A DNA stretch of 64,000 bases from Mobula hypostoma (taxonomy: Eukaryota). Positions 1 through 11,796 of this stretch are shown here, piece after piece; position 1 is the first letter of the stretch; each line of letters starts with the position of its first letter. The notes below the pieces were generated by a model. That model saw only the letters and a list, made by a program, of their open reading frames with translations, was not told the origin of the DNA and ran no database searches. The position numbers were made by a program, and so were the translations under genes. The DNA is taken from NCBI RefSeq assembly GCF_963921235.1, contig NC_086097.1, forward strand, positions 251,970,001 through 252,034,000, read 5' to 3'.

Positions 1-352
1 ACCCACACATTCCACAGGGAGGACGTACAGACTTCGAACAGAACGGTGGAAGAACTGACTTCGAACTCTGAGACACACCGAGCTGTAATGACGTTGTTCT
101 AACCTCTGGAAAGATAGATGCTTTACTGATACCAAAGGAGATTACAGTTGTCACAGTAGCATTACAAGTGCACAGATATACAAATACACAAATATTAGAA
201 GACGAGTAAGAAGAATAAAAATAAGTTACCTCAAACAATTTAACAGGAGGGGGTCATCACTTTTCTGGCTATAGATTGACTCATTATAAAGCCTAATGGC
301 CGAGGGTAAGAATGACCCCATATAGTGCTCTTTGGAGCAGCACAGTTGTCTC

Positions 353-785
353 AGAATCAGAATCAGGTTTACTATCACCGGCATGTGACGTGAAATTTGT
401 TAACTTAGCAGCAGCAGTTCGATGCAATACATTATATAGAAGAAAAAAAACAAAATTTTAAAAAGTGCATCAATTAAAGTATACATATATTAAATATATT
501 AAAAATTGTGTAAAATACAGAAATATATATTTAAAAAGTGAGGTAGTGTGCAAGGGTTCAGTGTCCATTTAGGAATCGGATGGCAAGGGGGAAAAAGCTG
601 TTCCTGAGTTACTGAGTGTGTGCCTTCAGGCTTCTGTACCTCCTACCCGATGGTAACAGCGAGAAAAGGGCATGTCCTGGGTGCTGGAGGTCCTTAATAA
701 TGGATGCTGCCTTTCTGAGACACCGCTTCTTGAAGATGTCCTGGGTACTTTGGCTTGTAGCCAAGATAGAGCCGAGTAAATTTAC
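353..785 (-). mobile_element. Rex1/Babar-type LINE 3' fragment nested in another LINE 3' fragment
   Basis: (CTGATT)n tail at 353-365 and a degenerate 'HPGHALFSLLPSGRRYRSLK' C-terminus on the - strand; near-copy at 15962-16420. Confidence 0.7.
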
Positions 786-2089
786 TTAGTCTAAAGTGCT
801 TAGCCAAAAGTGTTACTCTATTCAGCCAAGGTTCCACACAGAGAGTGAAAAACATTGTCCAGAATTACCATTTTTCCGGAGGGTCCTTTGTTCTACCACA
901 GCTAAGGTCCTAATATTCAGGATAAGGTTGCAGGGTGACAAAACGTGGCAGGAGCACTTGGAACTATAAACTAATCCCTACCGGGAGAAAACAGCACCAG
1001 TTCTTTCCGCACTGTTCTCCAGCAGTTTAAGGACTAAGTCGAGCCGGAACATAACTCACAAGTGCTTTTGAAAGTCAGGTATTAACCCTACCTACCAACA
1101 ACCAAGCGTTGTCATCCTGGTGCCCTTCATGATAGCTAATGAAGAAGCATGTGACTTCCCTTTATACAATTTGTACAGATGACATGACTTAGTGTTGTAT
1201 CTAAAGTCTACGGTATACAAGGTAAGCAGGAAGGGAGCCGGTACAACCATGGCCTGTGGTTGGCCCAGATCCCACTCAACCTTTCTTATCCATGTATCTG
1301 TCCAAATATCTTTTAAAATTTCATAATTGTACATGACCTTCTGGGTGAACAAGTTGCCCCTCAGGTCTCTATAAACAAATTGAGGAGTATAAACAGGATA
1401 CACTCTTGCAGGCTTTTTCCACTGAGGTTGGGTGAAACTAGAACTAGAGGCCATAGGTTAAGGGTGAAAGGTGAAATGTTCAAGGGGCACCTGAGAGAGA
1501 ACTTCTTCACTCAGAGGATGGCGAGAGTGTGGCATGAACTGCCAGAGGAAGTGGTGGATACGGGCTTGATTTCAGTGTTTGAGAGAAGTTTGAATAGGTA
1601 CGTGGATGGGAGTGGTATGGAGGGTTATGGCCCAACTGCAGGTCAGTGGGACTGGGCAGAATAATGTTTTGGCATTGACTAGATGGGCCAAAGGGCCTGA
1701 TTCTGTGCTGTGGTGTTCTATGACTGTATTCTCAGCTTAAAACCATGCTTTTACTTCTTCATTCCCCAAATCTGGGAAAAAGACTGTATACATTCAGTCT
1801 ATTTAAAGTTACTAAATCACTTTTTAAATGTTATTTAATATTATAATACATTTCCCAGTGATCTGAGTAAGTTTAGAGGGAGCACAGGAAATAGGGTCCA
1901 GGTCAGCTGAGTGAGAGTGTGGGATCAGAGGCCTGGAGAATGCAAAGGTGGTGCAGGAACGAGGGCCCCTGTGAGCCGGAAAGAAGCAGGGCTGGTGCCA
2001 TAGTGAGTGGACGCCGAAACCGCCAGAATCTCCAAATGGTCAGACAGCAGATTATCAGGATTCAAATAGAATGAACTGTTAATAATTAT

Positions 2090-2720
2090 GTCTGCACAAG
2101 TTATCTAATTACTTCAAGTTCCTGGCTGTCAACGTCTCTGAGGATCTATCCTGGACCCAACCTATCGATGCAGTTACAGAGAAGGCACACCAGCAGCTAT
2201 ATTTCATTAGGCGTTTAAGGAGCCTTTGTGTGTCACCGAAGACGCTCACAATTTTCTACAGATATACCTTGAGAGCATTGTAACTGGTTGTATCGCCTTC
2301 TGGTACAGAGGGCCACTGCACAGGATCATGAAAAGCTGCAGACGGTTATAAACTCAGCCAGCTCCATCACAGGCACTAGCCACCCCATCACTGGAGACAT
2401 CTTCGAAGCTGATGCCTCAAAAAGGTGGCATCCATCATATAGGATCCCCATCACCCAGGACATGCCGTCTTCTCATTGCTACCGTCAGGGAAGAGGTACA
2501 GGCACGTGAAGACACACTCAACTTTTTATGAATAGCTTCTTCCCCTCCGTCATCAGATTTCTGAATGGACAATGAACCCATGAACACTATCTGAGTAGTC
2601 TTCCTCTCTTTTGCACTAAAAGTTTTATTTTTTATTTCTTATTGTAACTTATAGTAATGTTTTATGTATTGCAGCATACTGCTGCCACAAATGTATGCCA
2701 GTGCTAACAAACTTGATTCT
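2090..2720 (+). mobile_element. Rex1/Babar-type LINE 3' fragment
   Basis: Degenerate RT C-terminus ('QDHEKLQTVINSASSITGT...HPGH..FSLLPSGKRYR') followed by the family 3' UTR. Confidence 0.7.
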
Positions 2721-3422
2721 AATTGTCTCAAGGGGAGGAAATCTGGGCATCATTATCTGGTTTTGTGACTGGGCCCACGATGTGCTTGAAAATCTGAAAA
2801 CCTGCAGAGCCCAAAAATCTGAAATAACGCAAAGATGATGCTGGACGCACGCAGCAGCTGAAGCAGCATTGGAGAAATGAGAGGTTGGAGACCCTTCGTC
2901 AGGACTGACATGGCCTTGCAAGGCACTGTGTAGGGACTAGCAGTAACTTTGCAGTCAATGCCCATCTCCTAAAAAAAACTAATAAAACAAGAAGTGCTTG
3001 TGAAATTGCCTCCAGTAATTTTGGGTTAAAGGGGACTTGGATGACTTAAATATGCAGAACATTTATAGGAAAAGTCCACTGTGTAAGAAAATAGTATATT
3101 ACAGCACAGTGCAGGCCTTTTGGCCCATAACGTTATGCTAACCTCAGCCTACTCTAAGATCAATCTCATCCTTCCGTCCAGCATTTTTATATCATCCATG
3201 TGCTATCAAAGAGTTTTTAATATGTTCCTAATATATCTATCTAGATGAATATTCCTGGCAGGGTGTTCTGCATACCCACCACTCTCTGTGCAAAGTAATA
3301 ACAACCTCTAGCATACTCCCCGTACTTTCAATTATGCCCCTCGTATTAGCTACGAAAAGTTACAGTGTGTCAGTTGTTTTATTTTTTTATCTATAGAAAC
3401 CCGTGTTGTTTTGTTGAAACAG

Positions 3423-3597
3423 ACCCATCACCAATTCAGCTGATAACCCAGTTTTTGGAGCAGGCCTCCAAACCGTCTGTAAATGAGCAGAACCAAGTCC
3501 ACCCGCCGAGTGAAAATAAAAGGAATCGCACACTGAAGCTGCTTGCTCTCAAAGTAGCTGCACATTTGAAATGGGATTTAGAGTTGTTAGAGAAAAG
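3423..3597 (+). CDS. INTS8: INTS8 coding exon (~exon 2); first exon lies upstream of the window
   Basis: ag|ACCCATCA...GAAAAG|gtaatt. Encodes (D)PSPIQLITQFLEQASKPSVNEQNQVHPPSENKRNRTLKLLALKVAAHLKWDLELLEK, recognised as the vertebrate INTS8 N-terminus. Confidence 0.95.
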
Positions 3598-3827
3598 GTA
3601 ATTTTACAACTTCTCTGCACTGAGGCCTTTTGTTTAAATATCAGAAATACTTATGAACTAAATCTATCTTAAAAACTTGTCCTGTTTCAAAAGCAATTCT
3701 GTGAATCATTCTATTTCTTTCACCCCGCTGTTGTATTTTAGTTGTATGTTATATTCCAACTATATTACACCCATCAGCATACTGCTGAACTGACTCTGTG
3801 ACTGTGGCCTGCAGCCATCGGCAGAGC

Positions 3828-4633
3828 AAAGGTTTCAAAGTTTCATTTAATGTCAGAGAAATGATTACTATATACATCCTGAAATTATTTTTCTTTGCAA
3901 ATATCCACAAAAACAGAGGAGTGCCCCAAAGAATGAATGACAGTTAAATGTTAGAACCCCAAAGTCCCCCACCACCCATGCATAAGCAGCAGCAAAGTAA
4001 CGATCCCCCTTCCCCACCAGCAAAAAAAGGCATTGACACTCTCCCCCCCACTAAGCACTCAAGTGTGCAGCAAAGCATCAATAAAGACACAGACTTGCAG
4101 TACCCCAAAGACTACTTGTTCACCCAGTAATTCGACATACCGCAGGCTCTCTCGCTTCCTAATAAGGGAAAAAGAGGTGTCCCCATTTCACAGTGAAAGG
4201 GGAGGTATAACACTGATTTACGATGTTAAAAGTCTGTTGTATCGCTGTTTCCAAGCTCTGTGCCCAAAGAACTCAGGTCTCTGGGCACACAGCCAGCAGC
4301 CAGCTCGCTGCTTTCGATCTTCCATCTCCCACAGCGCACCAGTTTCCTGCGGCATCACCGACCTGGAGTCCACCCGCCTCCAGGGCCACAAAATCCTGAA
4401 CCCTGAAGGCGCGCTAGTCTTCTAGGCCACATCCTTGGTATATTGAATAGCGGCCATTTGTGAGACCCTGAGAGCGGGTCCCGTTCCCGCAAGGAACCAA
4501 AGTCAGCGTGCAACTCCAGGTCAGGATCTTCAAAAGAACCCTGAAAGGAAAAAGTAGAGACATTAAATTTAGAAATAGAACTGTTTCCAAAGATGCAAGC
4601 GAAGGAGACACCGTTAGGTACCATTATCCTCCG
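3828..4633 (-). mobile_element. Non-autonomous LINE-derived element, family A, copy 1
   Basis: Colinear with 10178-11137 and 41916-42533; shared 5' end and (TTTGAA)-type 3' tail; no coding ORF. Confidence 0.7.
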
Positions 4634-4939
4634 AAGCTCTTCCTCCCACTGACTCCATGGCTATGGCCTGTAACCATTGGTTTCCTGAACCAGCTTCACT
4701 TGCCTCAGCTCTGTGGCTGAGGACTCTGTGGTTAATGTTATTTGTTTACTTTTTATTGTTTGCACGATATGATTTTTTTTACACTTTGGGTGTTTGATGA
4801 TCTTGTTGTGTGGGGTTTCTCTTTAAATGGGTTCTATTGTTTTCTGGCTGACTGCAAGAAGAGGAATCTCATATGTTGCATACTGTATACTTATTTTGAT
4901 ATAAATGTATTTTGAACTTTGTACGTTATCTTCCCCTAG

Positions 4940-5080
4940 TTTGACAGTGCCAGTGCTGAATATGCTTCTGAATGAGCTGCTCTGTATCAGCAAGGTCCCT
5001 CCGGGTGTAAAACACATTGACCTAGACTTGGGCAGCCTGCCTCCAACCACCACCATGGCTATTCTGGTGTATAACAGATG
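4940..5080 (+). CDS. INTS8: INTS8 coding exon (~exon 3)
   Basis: cctag|T...AGATG|gtaag. Encodes LTVPVLNMLLNELLCISKVPPGVKHIDLDLGSLPPTTTMAILVYNR(W); phase matches flanking exons. Confidence 0.95.
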
Positions 5081-5704
5081 GTAAGAACAGATATCCTTCC
5101 CTGTTTCATTCATGCTGTTACACATTTACATTCTGAACTGGGAAGTCGTCTTCTGTGTATTATTTTCAAGAAGACTCCAAGCGATGTGGTCTCTGTCGAG
5201 ACTGTGGCTCAGTCTTAGTTGTTTTATAAGTTCATAGGGATGGTTTTGGGGACCGAGGGGAGTTTGAGGTTAGATTAGGGTTTAGTAACAGAGATGTGGA
5301 GGAGTTAGAGGTCAGACTCTGCATTCAAAGTCCATGGTGCAGGTCTCTGCTCCACGTTTAAAGGTCAGCGGCCAGGAGTCTCCGCGAGCAAGAAGCACGA
5401 GGGCTGGTCAGTCGACACACCTAAAGTTCAGCGTCCTGTCGTCAGCTAGCCCTGGAGCTGATGACCCAAAGGTCAGTCAGTAGCAGAGAGAGAGGGAGAG
5501 GAAACACAAAAACAGACACGTGTTTGTGTACACAAATATGTAAAAGTTGTTTACTCTGCTTTGGCCCTTGACATAGTTGTGCTAATGAATTCTATGTTTT
5601 TTTTCCCTCGATTAGCTGCCGAGATAATTATATGTTCTGCACATATTATAAAAGAGAATAATTTCCCGGACGTTTTGTTCTAAAGAATCCTTTTCTTTGA
5701 ATAG

Positions 5705-5776
5705 GGCAGTTAGAACAACTGTTCAGAGCAGCTTTCCAGTGAAACAACAAAAACCAGGGCCTCCGCAGTTAAACAT
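5705..5776 (+). CDS. INTS8: INTS8 coding exon (~exon 4)
   Basis: aatag|G...AACAT|gtgagt. Encodes AVRTTVQSSFPVKQQKPGPPQLN(I). Confidence 0.93.
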
Positions 5777-7049
5777 GTGAGTTCAGTTCTCATTATTCTT
5801 CTGGGACTTCACCAAAAGTAGCTGCTGGGCTGAGATTTGATATTTCTAATTAACGTAGGATCTATGGTCTTTGAAGGGTTATATCAGATTAGCATATTTG
5901 TATTTTGAATTACGGTAATATTTTGGTTTTTGTGCTGTGTGTGTAGTCCAGAGGAATCTTGCTTCATTTGGTTGTATATTCATACGTACAGTCAGAAGAG
6001 CATTTACTTTGAGCTAGTTGCGCACTATCTCTTTAGTAACCTGCCCCTGGAAAGGACCACTAAACCCCGTGCAGACAGACGGACCCAACTATACCCACTG
6101 ATGCCATGACAGAACTCCGTACTATCCAGAGTAATTTTTACTGGCATCATGGAATACAGTGGGATAGAGGAAATCCACTCCATCTTTCTGACCAGTGTCA
6201 GTTCCAAACCCTGCCTTTCATGGCTCTATAGTAACCTTTTCTGATCCAGTTTATGTAAAATATTTGAGCCAGAAGACATAAGAGCAAAATATGGCCATTT
6301 GGCCCATCAAGTCTGCTTCATCATTCCATTACGGCTGATTTATTATCCCTCTCAATCCCATTCTCGTGCCTTCTCCCTGCAGCCTTTGACGCCCTTACTA
6401 ATCAAGAACCTATCAACCTCTGTTTTAAATCTACTCAATGACTTGGCCTCCACAGCCGTCTGTGGCAATGATTTTCACAGATTCACCTGCTCGTTTGAGC
6501 CCCTCAAATGAGTTTTTTCCATTTGCGTTGGGTTCTTCTGTCTGTTAAATCTGTGTTGTTATGTTTCTGATCCTTCTACCTTGAATGTTTGCTTTATGTC
6601 CTTTTATTTGTGTGTACGACTCTTTGAGGCTCATAAATGATATCTTTCAGGACAACAATATCGCCTTCCCCCTGCTCTCCTCGAAGCAATAGTCTCTTAT
6701 CTCTGGAACTGTTTCAGTTAATCCTATTTATAGCCCCTCTAAGATGCAGATCCATTTAGCTTTGTGCTATTAATTTCATGATAACGTTATTCTTGCATAA
6801 ATAATAGCTTCCAATTTTAAGATATGACTATTTCTCTCTGATTCATCTCTAACTTACCTCTGACATCCCCACTCCCCATGCTTTCCTCTAATCACTTTAA
6901 AGTTGTATCTCCTCATATTAGCTACTCTGGGGGGAAAAAGTGTCTGGCTGTCCACTGTACATATGCTGATTATCATCTTGAACACCTCTATCAAATCACC
7001 ATTCCTTTTCCTTCACTTCAGTGAGAAAATTTATATCCAAACATCTCAT

Positions 7050-7596
7050 ATACCGTACCTTGTCAAAGGCCTTCTGAAAACCAAGTACACAACATCAACC
7101 AATTCTCCTTTGTCTATCCTGCTTGTTATTTCTCAAAGAATTACAACAGATGCATCTGGAAATAAATTTCCCTTAAGGAAACTATGCTGACTTTAGACTA
7201 TTTTATCATGTGCTTCCAAGAACCCTGAGACCTCAAAGTTATCAATTGACTCCAACATTTTCCCAGCCACTGAGCTCAGGTTAACTGGCCTATAATTTCC
7301 TTTCTTCTGTTTCCCTCCCTTCTTAAAGAATAGAGTGACATTTGCAATTTTCCAGTACACCAGGACCATGCCAGAATCGAATGATTCTGAAAGATCATTG
7401 CTAATGTCTCCACAATCTCTTCAAGTACCTCTTTCAGAACCCTGCGGTGTCGTCCATCTGGTCCAGGTGACCATTCAGTCTCCCAAGCACCTTCTCCCCA
7501 GAAATAGCAACTGCACTCACTTCTGTCCCCTGACACCCTCTGACCTTCTGTCATACTTCTAGTATCTTCCCCTGTGAAGACTAATGCAAAATACCT
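7050..7596 (-). mobile_element. CR1 ORF2 (RT) fragment interrupted by a PLE insertion
   Basis: 'SPGPDG..RVLKEV.EEIVETLAMIFQ' and 'NYRPVNL' motifs; the element resumes at 8064-8180 beyond the TSD. Confidence 0.8.
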
Positions 7597-8063
7597 GCAA
7601 CACACATCAAAGTTGCTGGTGAACGCTGCAGGCCAGGCAGCATCTCTAGGAAGAGGTACAGTCGACGTTTTGGGCTGAGACCCTTTGTCAGGACTAACTG
7701 AAGGAAGAGCTAGAAAGAGATTTGGAAGTGGGAGGGGGAGGGGGAGATCCAAAATGATAGGAGAAGACAGGAGGGGGAGGGATTGGCAAAAGGGATATGA
7801 GAGGATCATGGGACAGGAGGCCCAGGGAAGAGGAAAAGGGGGAGGGGGGAAAACCCAGAGGATGGGCAAGGGGTATAGTCAGAGGGACAGAGGGAGAAAA
7901 AGGAGAGAGAGAGAAAGAATGTGTGTATATAAATAACGGATGGGGTACGAGGGGGAGGTGGGGTTTTAGTGGAAGTTAGAGAAGTCAATGTTCATGCCAT
8001 CAGGCCTCCTGTCCCATGATGTGTGTTGCTTGAATTTCCAGCATCTGCAGAATTCCTCGTGTT
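7597..8063. mobile_element. Penelope-like 3'/pLTR insertion with back-to-back inverted ends
   Basis: 12-bp TSD TGCAAAATACCT at 7585-7596 and 8064-8075; homologous to 19496-19910; degenerate hammerhead at 7660-7695 (-). Confidence 0.85.
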
Positions 8064-8369
8064 TGCAAAATACCTATTCAATTTCTCCACCATTTCCTTG
8101 CCCCCCCCCCCCATTACCACCTCTCCAGCGTATATCTGGAAAAAAAGACTTTTGTATCCTTTTTGATATATTGGCTTCACATTTGACAAGAAAATCTACA
8201 GGGGCTGGAAGTCCAAGCAACACATACAAAATGCTGGAGGAACTCAGTAGGTCAGGTAGTACCTATGGAAAAGAGGAAACAGTTGAGGTTTCGGGATAAG
8301 ACCCTTCATCATGATTGGAAAGAAAGAGAAGTCAGAGAAAGGAGGTGGGGGGATGGGACAGGCCCCTTG

Positions 8370-8906
8370 TACCAAAAGGACAAGCAGGAAGGCATGGGTG
8401 GTGGCGTGACTCTGTTGGTAAGAGATAGAATTACATTTCTAGAAAGAGGTAACATAAGGTCAGAGAATGGTGAATGTTTATGGGTGGAGTTAAGAAGTTG
8501 AAAGGGTAAAAAAACCATTATGGGAATCATATACAGGTCTCGAAATAGTAGACAAAATGTGGGGTTGAGATTACAAAGGGAGCTGGAAATGGCATGTAAT
8601 AAGGGTAATGACACAGTTGTAATGAGGGGCTTCAATATGCAAGGGGAATGGGAAAATCAAGTTGGTGTCGGAGTCGCAAGAGAGGGAATTTGTTAATGCC
8701 TAAGAGATGGCTTGTGGTTCAGTCTACTCAGGAAAAGGCTATTTTAGATCAGGTGTTGTGTAATAACCCAGATCTTATTAGGGAGCTTAATGTAAAAGAA
8801 CTCTGAGGAGGCAGTGATCATTATATGATTGAATTCATACTGCAATTTGAGATAGAGAAGCACAAGTCAGATGTATCAGTACCGCAATGGAATAAAGGGA
8901 ATTATA
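8370..8906 (+). mobile_element. CR1 ORF2 endonuclease-region fragment
   Basis: 'GGGVTLLVRD..LWVELR...GIIYR...GGFN...SDHYMIEF' APE-endonuclease motifs, frameshifted. Confidence 0.8.
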
Positions 8907-9431
8907 GCATTTTTAATTGCCTTTTGTTGGATTTTAAAAGCTTCCCAATTATCCAACTTCCCACTCACATTTGCTATCTTATATGCCCTTTCTTTGACTT
9001 TTATGCAGTCCTTAATTTCCTTTGTCAGCCACAGTTGCTTACCCCTGCCATTTGAGAACTTTCTCCTGTGTGGGACATATCTGTCCTGCGTAGAAAGTCG
9101 AAGAGAATGTTGGATAGATGGGTGGGATCCTTAATAATTCTAAGGGCCCTGCATATACAGCGCTCCTGATAAATGTCCTCAATGGATGGTAGGAAACCCC
9201 CTATTATAATCCTCTCAGCTGTCCTTGCGGCCCTTTGTAGGGATTTCTGGTCCAATTCTCGACTGCTCCCATACCAGGTGGGGATGCAACTTGTCAGGAT
9301 GCTCGCAATAGTGCTCCAGTAAAACGCATTTAAGATGGGGGGGGGTGAAGCCTTGCTTGCCCTCAATCTTCTCAGGAAGTAGAGGCGCTGCTGTGCCTTG
9401 TTTAGGGAGGGACCAGATGAGGTCTATTATA

Positions 9432-9565
9432 TGCCCTGCTGAAGGGTCTTGGCCCGAAATGTCGACTGTACTCTTTTCCATAGATGCTACCTGACCTGCT
9501 GCGTTCCTCCTGCATTGTGTGTGTGTGTTGCTTGGATCTTCAGCATCTGCAGATTTTCTCTTGTT
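9432..9565 (+). mobile_element. Mini PLE insertion starting at the hammerhead motif
   Basis: 9-bp TSD TCTATTATA at 9423-9431 and 9566-9574; contains CTGCTGA-AGGG-tcttgg-CCC-GAAA-TGTC-GACT. Confidence 0.8.
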
Positions 9566-10177
9566 TCTATTATAGGCCTTCTCGTTTGCTTTTATGATGC
9601 CCTTGACTCCCTTTTCAGCCACAGTTGCCTCATCCTCCCTTTAGAATAATTCATCTTTGGAATGTCTCTTTCCTGCGCCTTCTACCCTGCGAAGAATTTG
9701 AAGGTATCGACAATCATCTGGAAATTACCTTTGGTCCCCACAGATACTCAGCTCTCACCTGTGGCTCCATGTAGCTGTTTGCATGCAACATTGGCCACAC
9801 CCCGGTACATGTCTTCACGAAGCAGGCTAAGCCAATGAGGGTAACCAGTGGCCTCATACCCTGGTGAGATAGGGACATGTCCTCGCATGTGAAGTCAGCT
9901 CTGGCGGACTGAGCAAATGAGATCTACAGTGACATGCCAGGAAAGCAGTTCTACAATGCTCCGTGGAGAGCGAAGGACATGATGAGGCACAGGAGATGTC
10001 ATGGTCATCTACTGCAACCGAGGAAGACCCCAGTTTGTGACGAATACTGGTGCCACTGGACCCAGACTTCTGCGGTCAATAGGGTGGAGCTGCCCCAGTT
10101 CAGTGGCTTTTCACTTAAAAACTCTCTTGCACAGATTTCCTGGCATTGTTGGATATGACTGGTAGATTTCTAATAAA

Positions 10178-11137
10178 GTTCAAAGGTCCAATTTCATGTC
10201 AGAGAAATGTATACAATATACATCCTGAAATGCTTTTTCTTTGCAGACATCCACAAAAACAAAGAATTGCCCCAAAGAATGAATGACAGTTAAACGTGAG
10301 AACCCCAAAGACCCCCCCCGCTCCTCCCTCCCATGCGTAAGCGGCAGCAAGCAACGATCTCCCATCCCCACCCCAGGGAAAAAAAGCACACCCGCTACGG
10401 AGCACAAGCTTGAGCTAGGCCCCAAAGTCTATCGCAATTCATCCGGCATTTGGCAACCCACAGGTTCTCTCTCTCCCTAATAAAGGAGAGGGAGGTGTCC
10501 CCCATTTTCATAGCGAGCAGGAGACATAATAACCTGCTGGTTTATGATGTTAAGAAGTCCGTTTCATCGCTTTTTAGGAGCGCTGTGCCTGAAGATTGCA
10601 AAGACCTCGGGTCTTCAGGCCCACAGCAAAAGGTTTTCTGGCCTCCCTGACGATACACGAGTCTCCTGTTGTGACACTGACCCTCAAACCACCCATCTCC
10701 AGAGCCCTGAGATCTTAGGCTTCCAAATATGAGCGAGACTCTCAGGCCGAATCCTTGGCATGCCAAACAACAACGGCCAGTCCTGAAACCCCGAGAATGG
10801 GTCCCATTCCCAAAAAGAACCAAAGTCTGTGTGTAACTCCAGGTCAGGGTCTTGAGGGAGTTAGATATGGCCCTTGTGGCTACAGGGGTCAGGGGGTATG
10901 GAGGGAAGGCTGGGGCGGGGTTCTGAGTTGGATGATCAGCCATGATCATAATAAATGGCGGTGCAGGCTCGAAGGGCCGAATGGCCTACTCCTGCACCTA
11001 TTTTCTATGTTTCTATGTTTAAAAGAACCCTGAAAGGGAAAAATAAAGATATTCAAGATGGAAATAGAGCTGTTTCCGAAGACGCAGGGAAAGGAGTCGC
11101 CGTTTAGCGCCATCTTAACTCCACCTCCAACTTCCAA
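10178..11137 (-). mobile_element. Non-autonomous element, family A, copy 2, with nested young CR1 3' end (10854-11020, +)
   Basis: The uninterrupted site GGGTCTTCAAAAGAACC seen in the other copies is split here by a CR1 tail nearly identical to 57037-57200. Confidence 0.8.
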
Positions 11138-11744
11138 ACTTCTAATATATTCTATATTTCATTTAAACACTTAATTTGTTACTCAGTTAAATAGTAGTTT
11201 GTCTTTTTAATAGCTTTTGAATGATTTCCATGAAACTTCCATAATTGGGGCAGCCACTTCATTGCACCAAAATGTACTGGTCCCAATAAGTCCCAATTAA
11301 CTGGAATCCACTGTATGGTATTTGGTTGCTTTGTCTGGAGCACCGACGGCTGAAGGGAGATCCAATCGGGGTTTATAAGATTTTGAGAGGCATAGATAGA
11401 CAGTATCTTTTACTAGGGATGAAACGTCTAATACCAGAGGGCAGGTGTTTCAGGTGAGAGGGGGTAATTTCAAAGGAGATGTGAGAGGCAAGTTTTTATA
11501 CACAGTGGTGGGAGCCTGGAATGCACTTCCTGGGGTGATGGTAGAGGCAGATACATTAGAGACTTATAGAAACATTTAGACAGGCACAGGAATATAAGGA
11601 AAATTGAAAGATATGAACATCATGTGGGCATATATTCAATGTGTCAAGCAATGCAAATTTAATGTTGAATTGACCTAGCTCTTGATTGTTTTGTCCGATG
11701 ATGTTTGAGGGATATTTGGTGATGTCTCCTGCTTTTATACATAG

Positions 11745-11796
11745 AATGAGTCAGTTACAGCAAGAAAAGGAAATGACAGATAACATTTTAAAAGTG
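11745..11796 (+). CDS. INTS8: INTS8 coding exon (~exon 5)
   Basis: catag|A...AAAGTG|gtaagt. Encodes MSQLQQEKEMTDNILKV. Confidence 0.92.

Noticed and set aside
1..3422. INTS8 first exon or promoter
   Set aside because: No WFEFLL-coding exon or CpG island is visible; the region consists of repeat fragments.
8370..9090. CR1 +/- junction at 8906 as a twin-priming inversion
   Set aside because: The fragments converge at their 3' sides, not the 5'-to-5' junction expected from twin priming, and no TSD is evident; later rearrangement or separate insertions are as likely.
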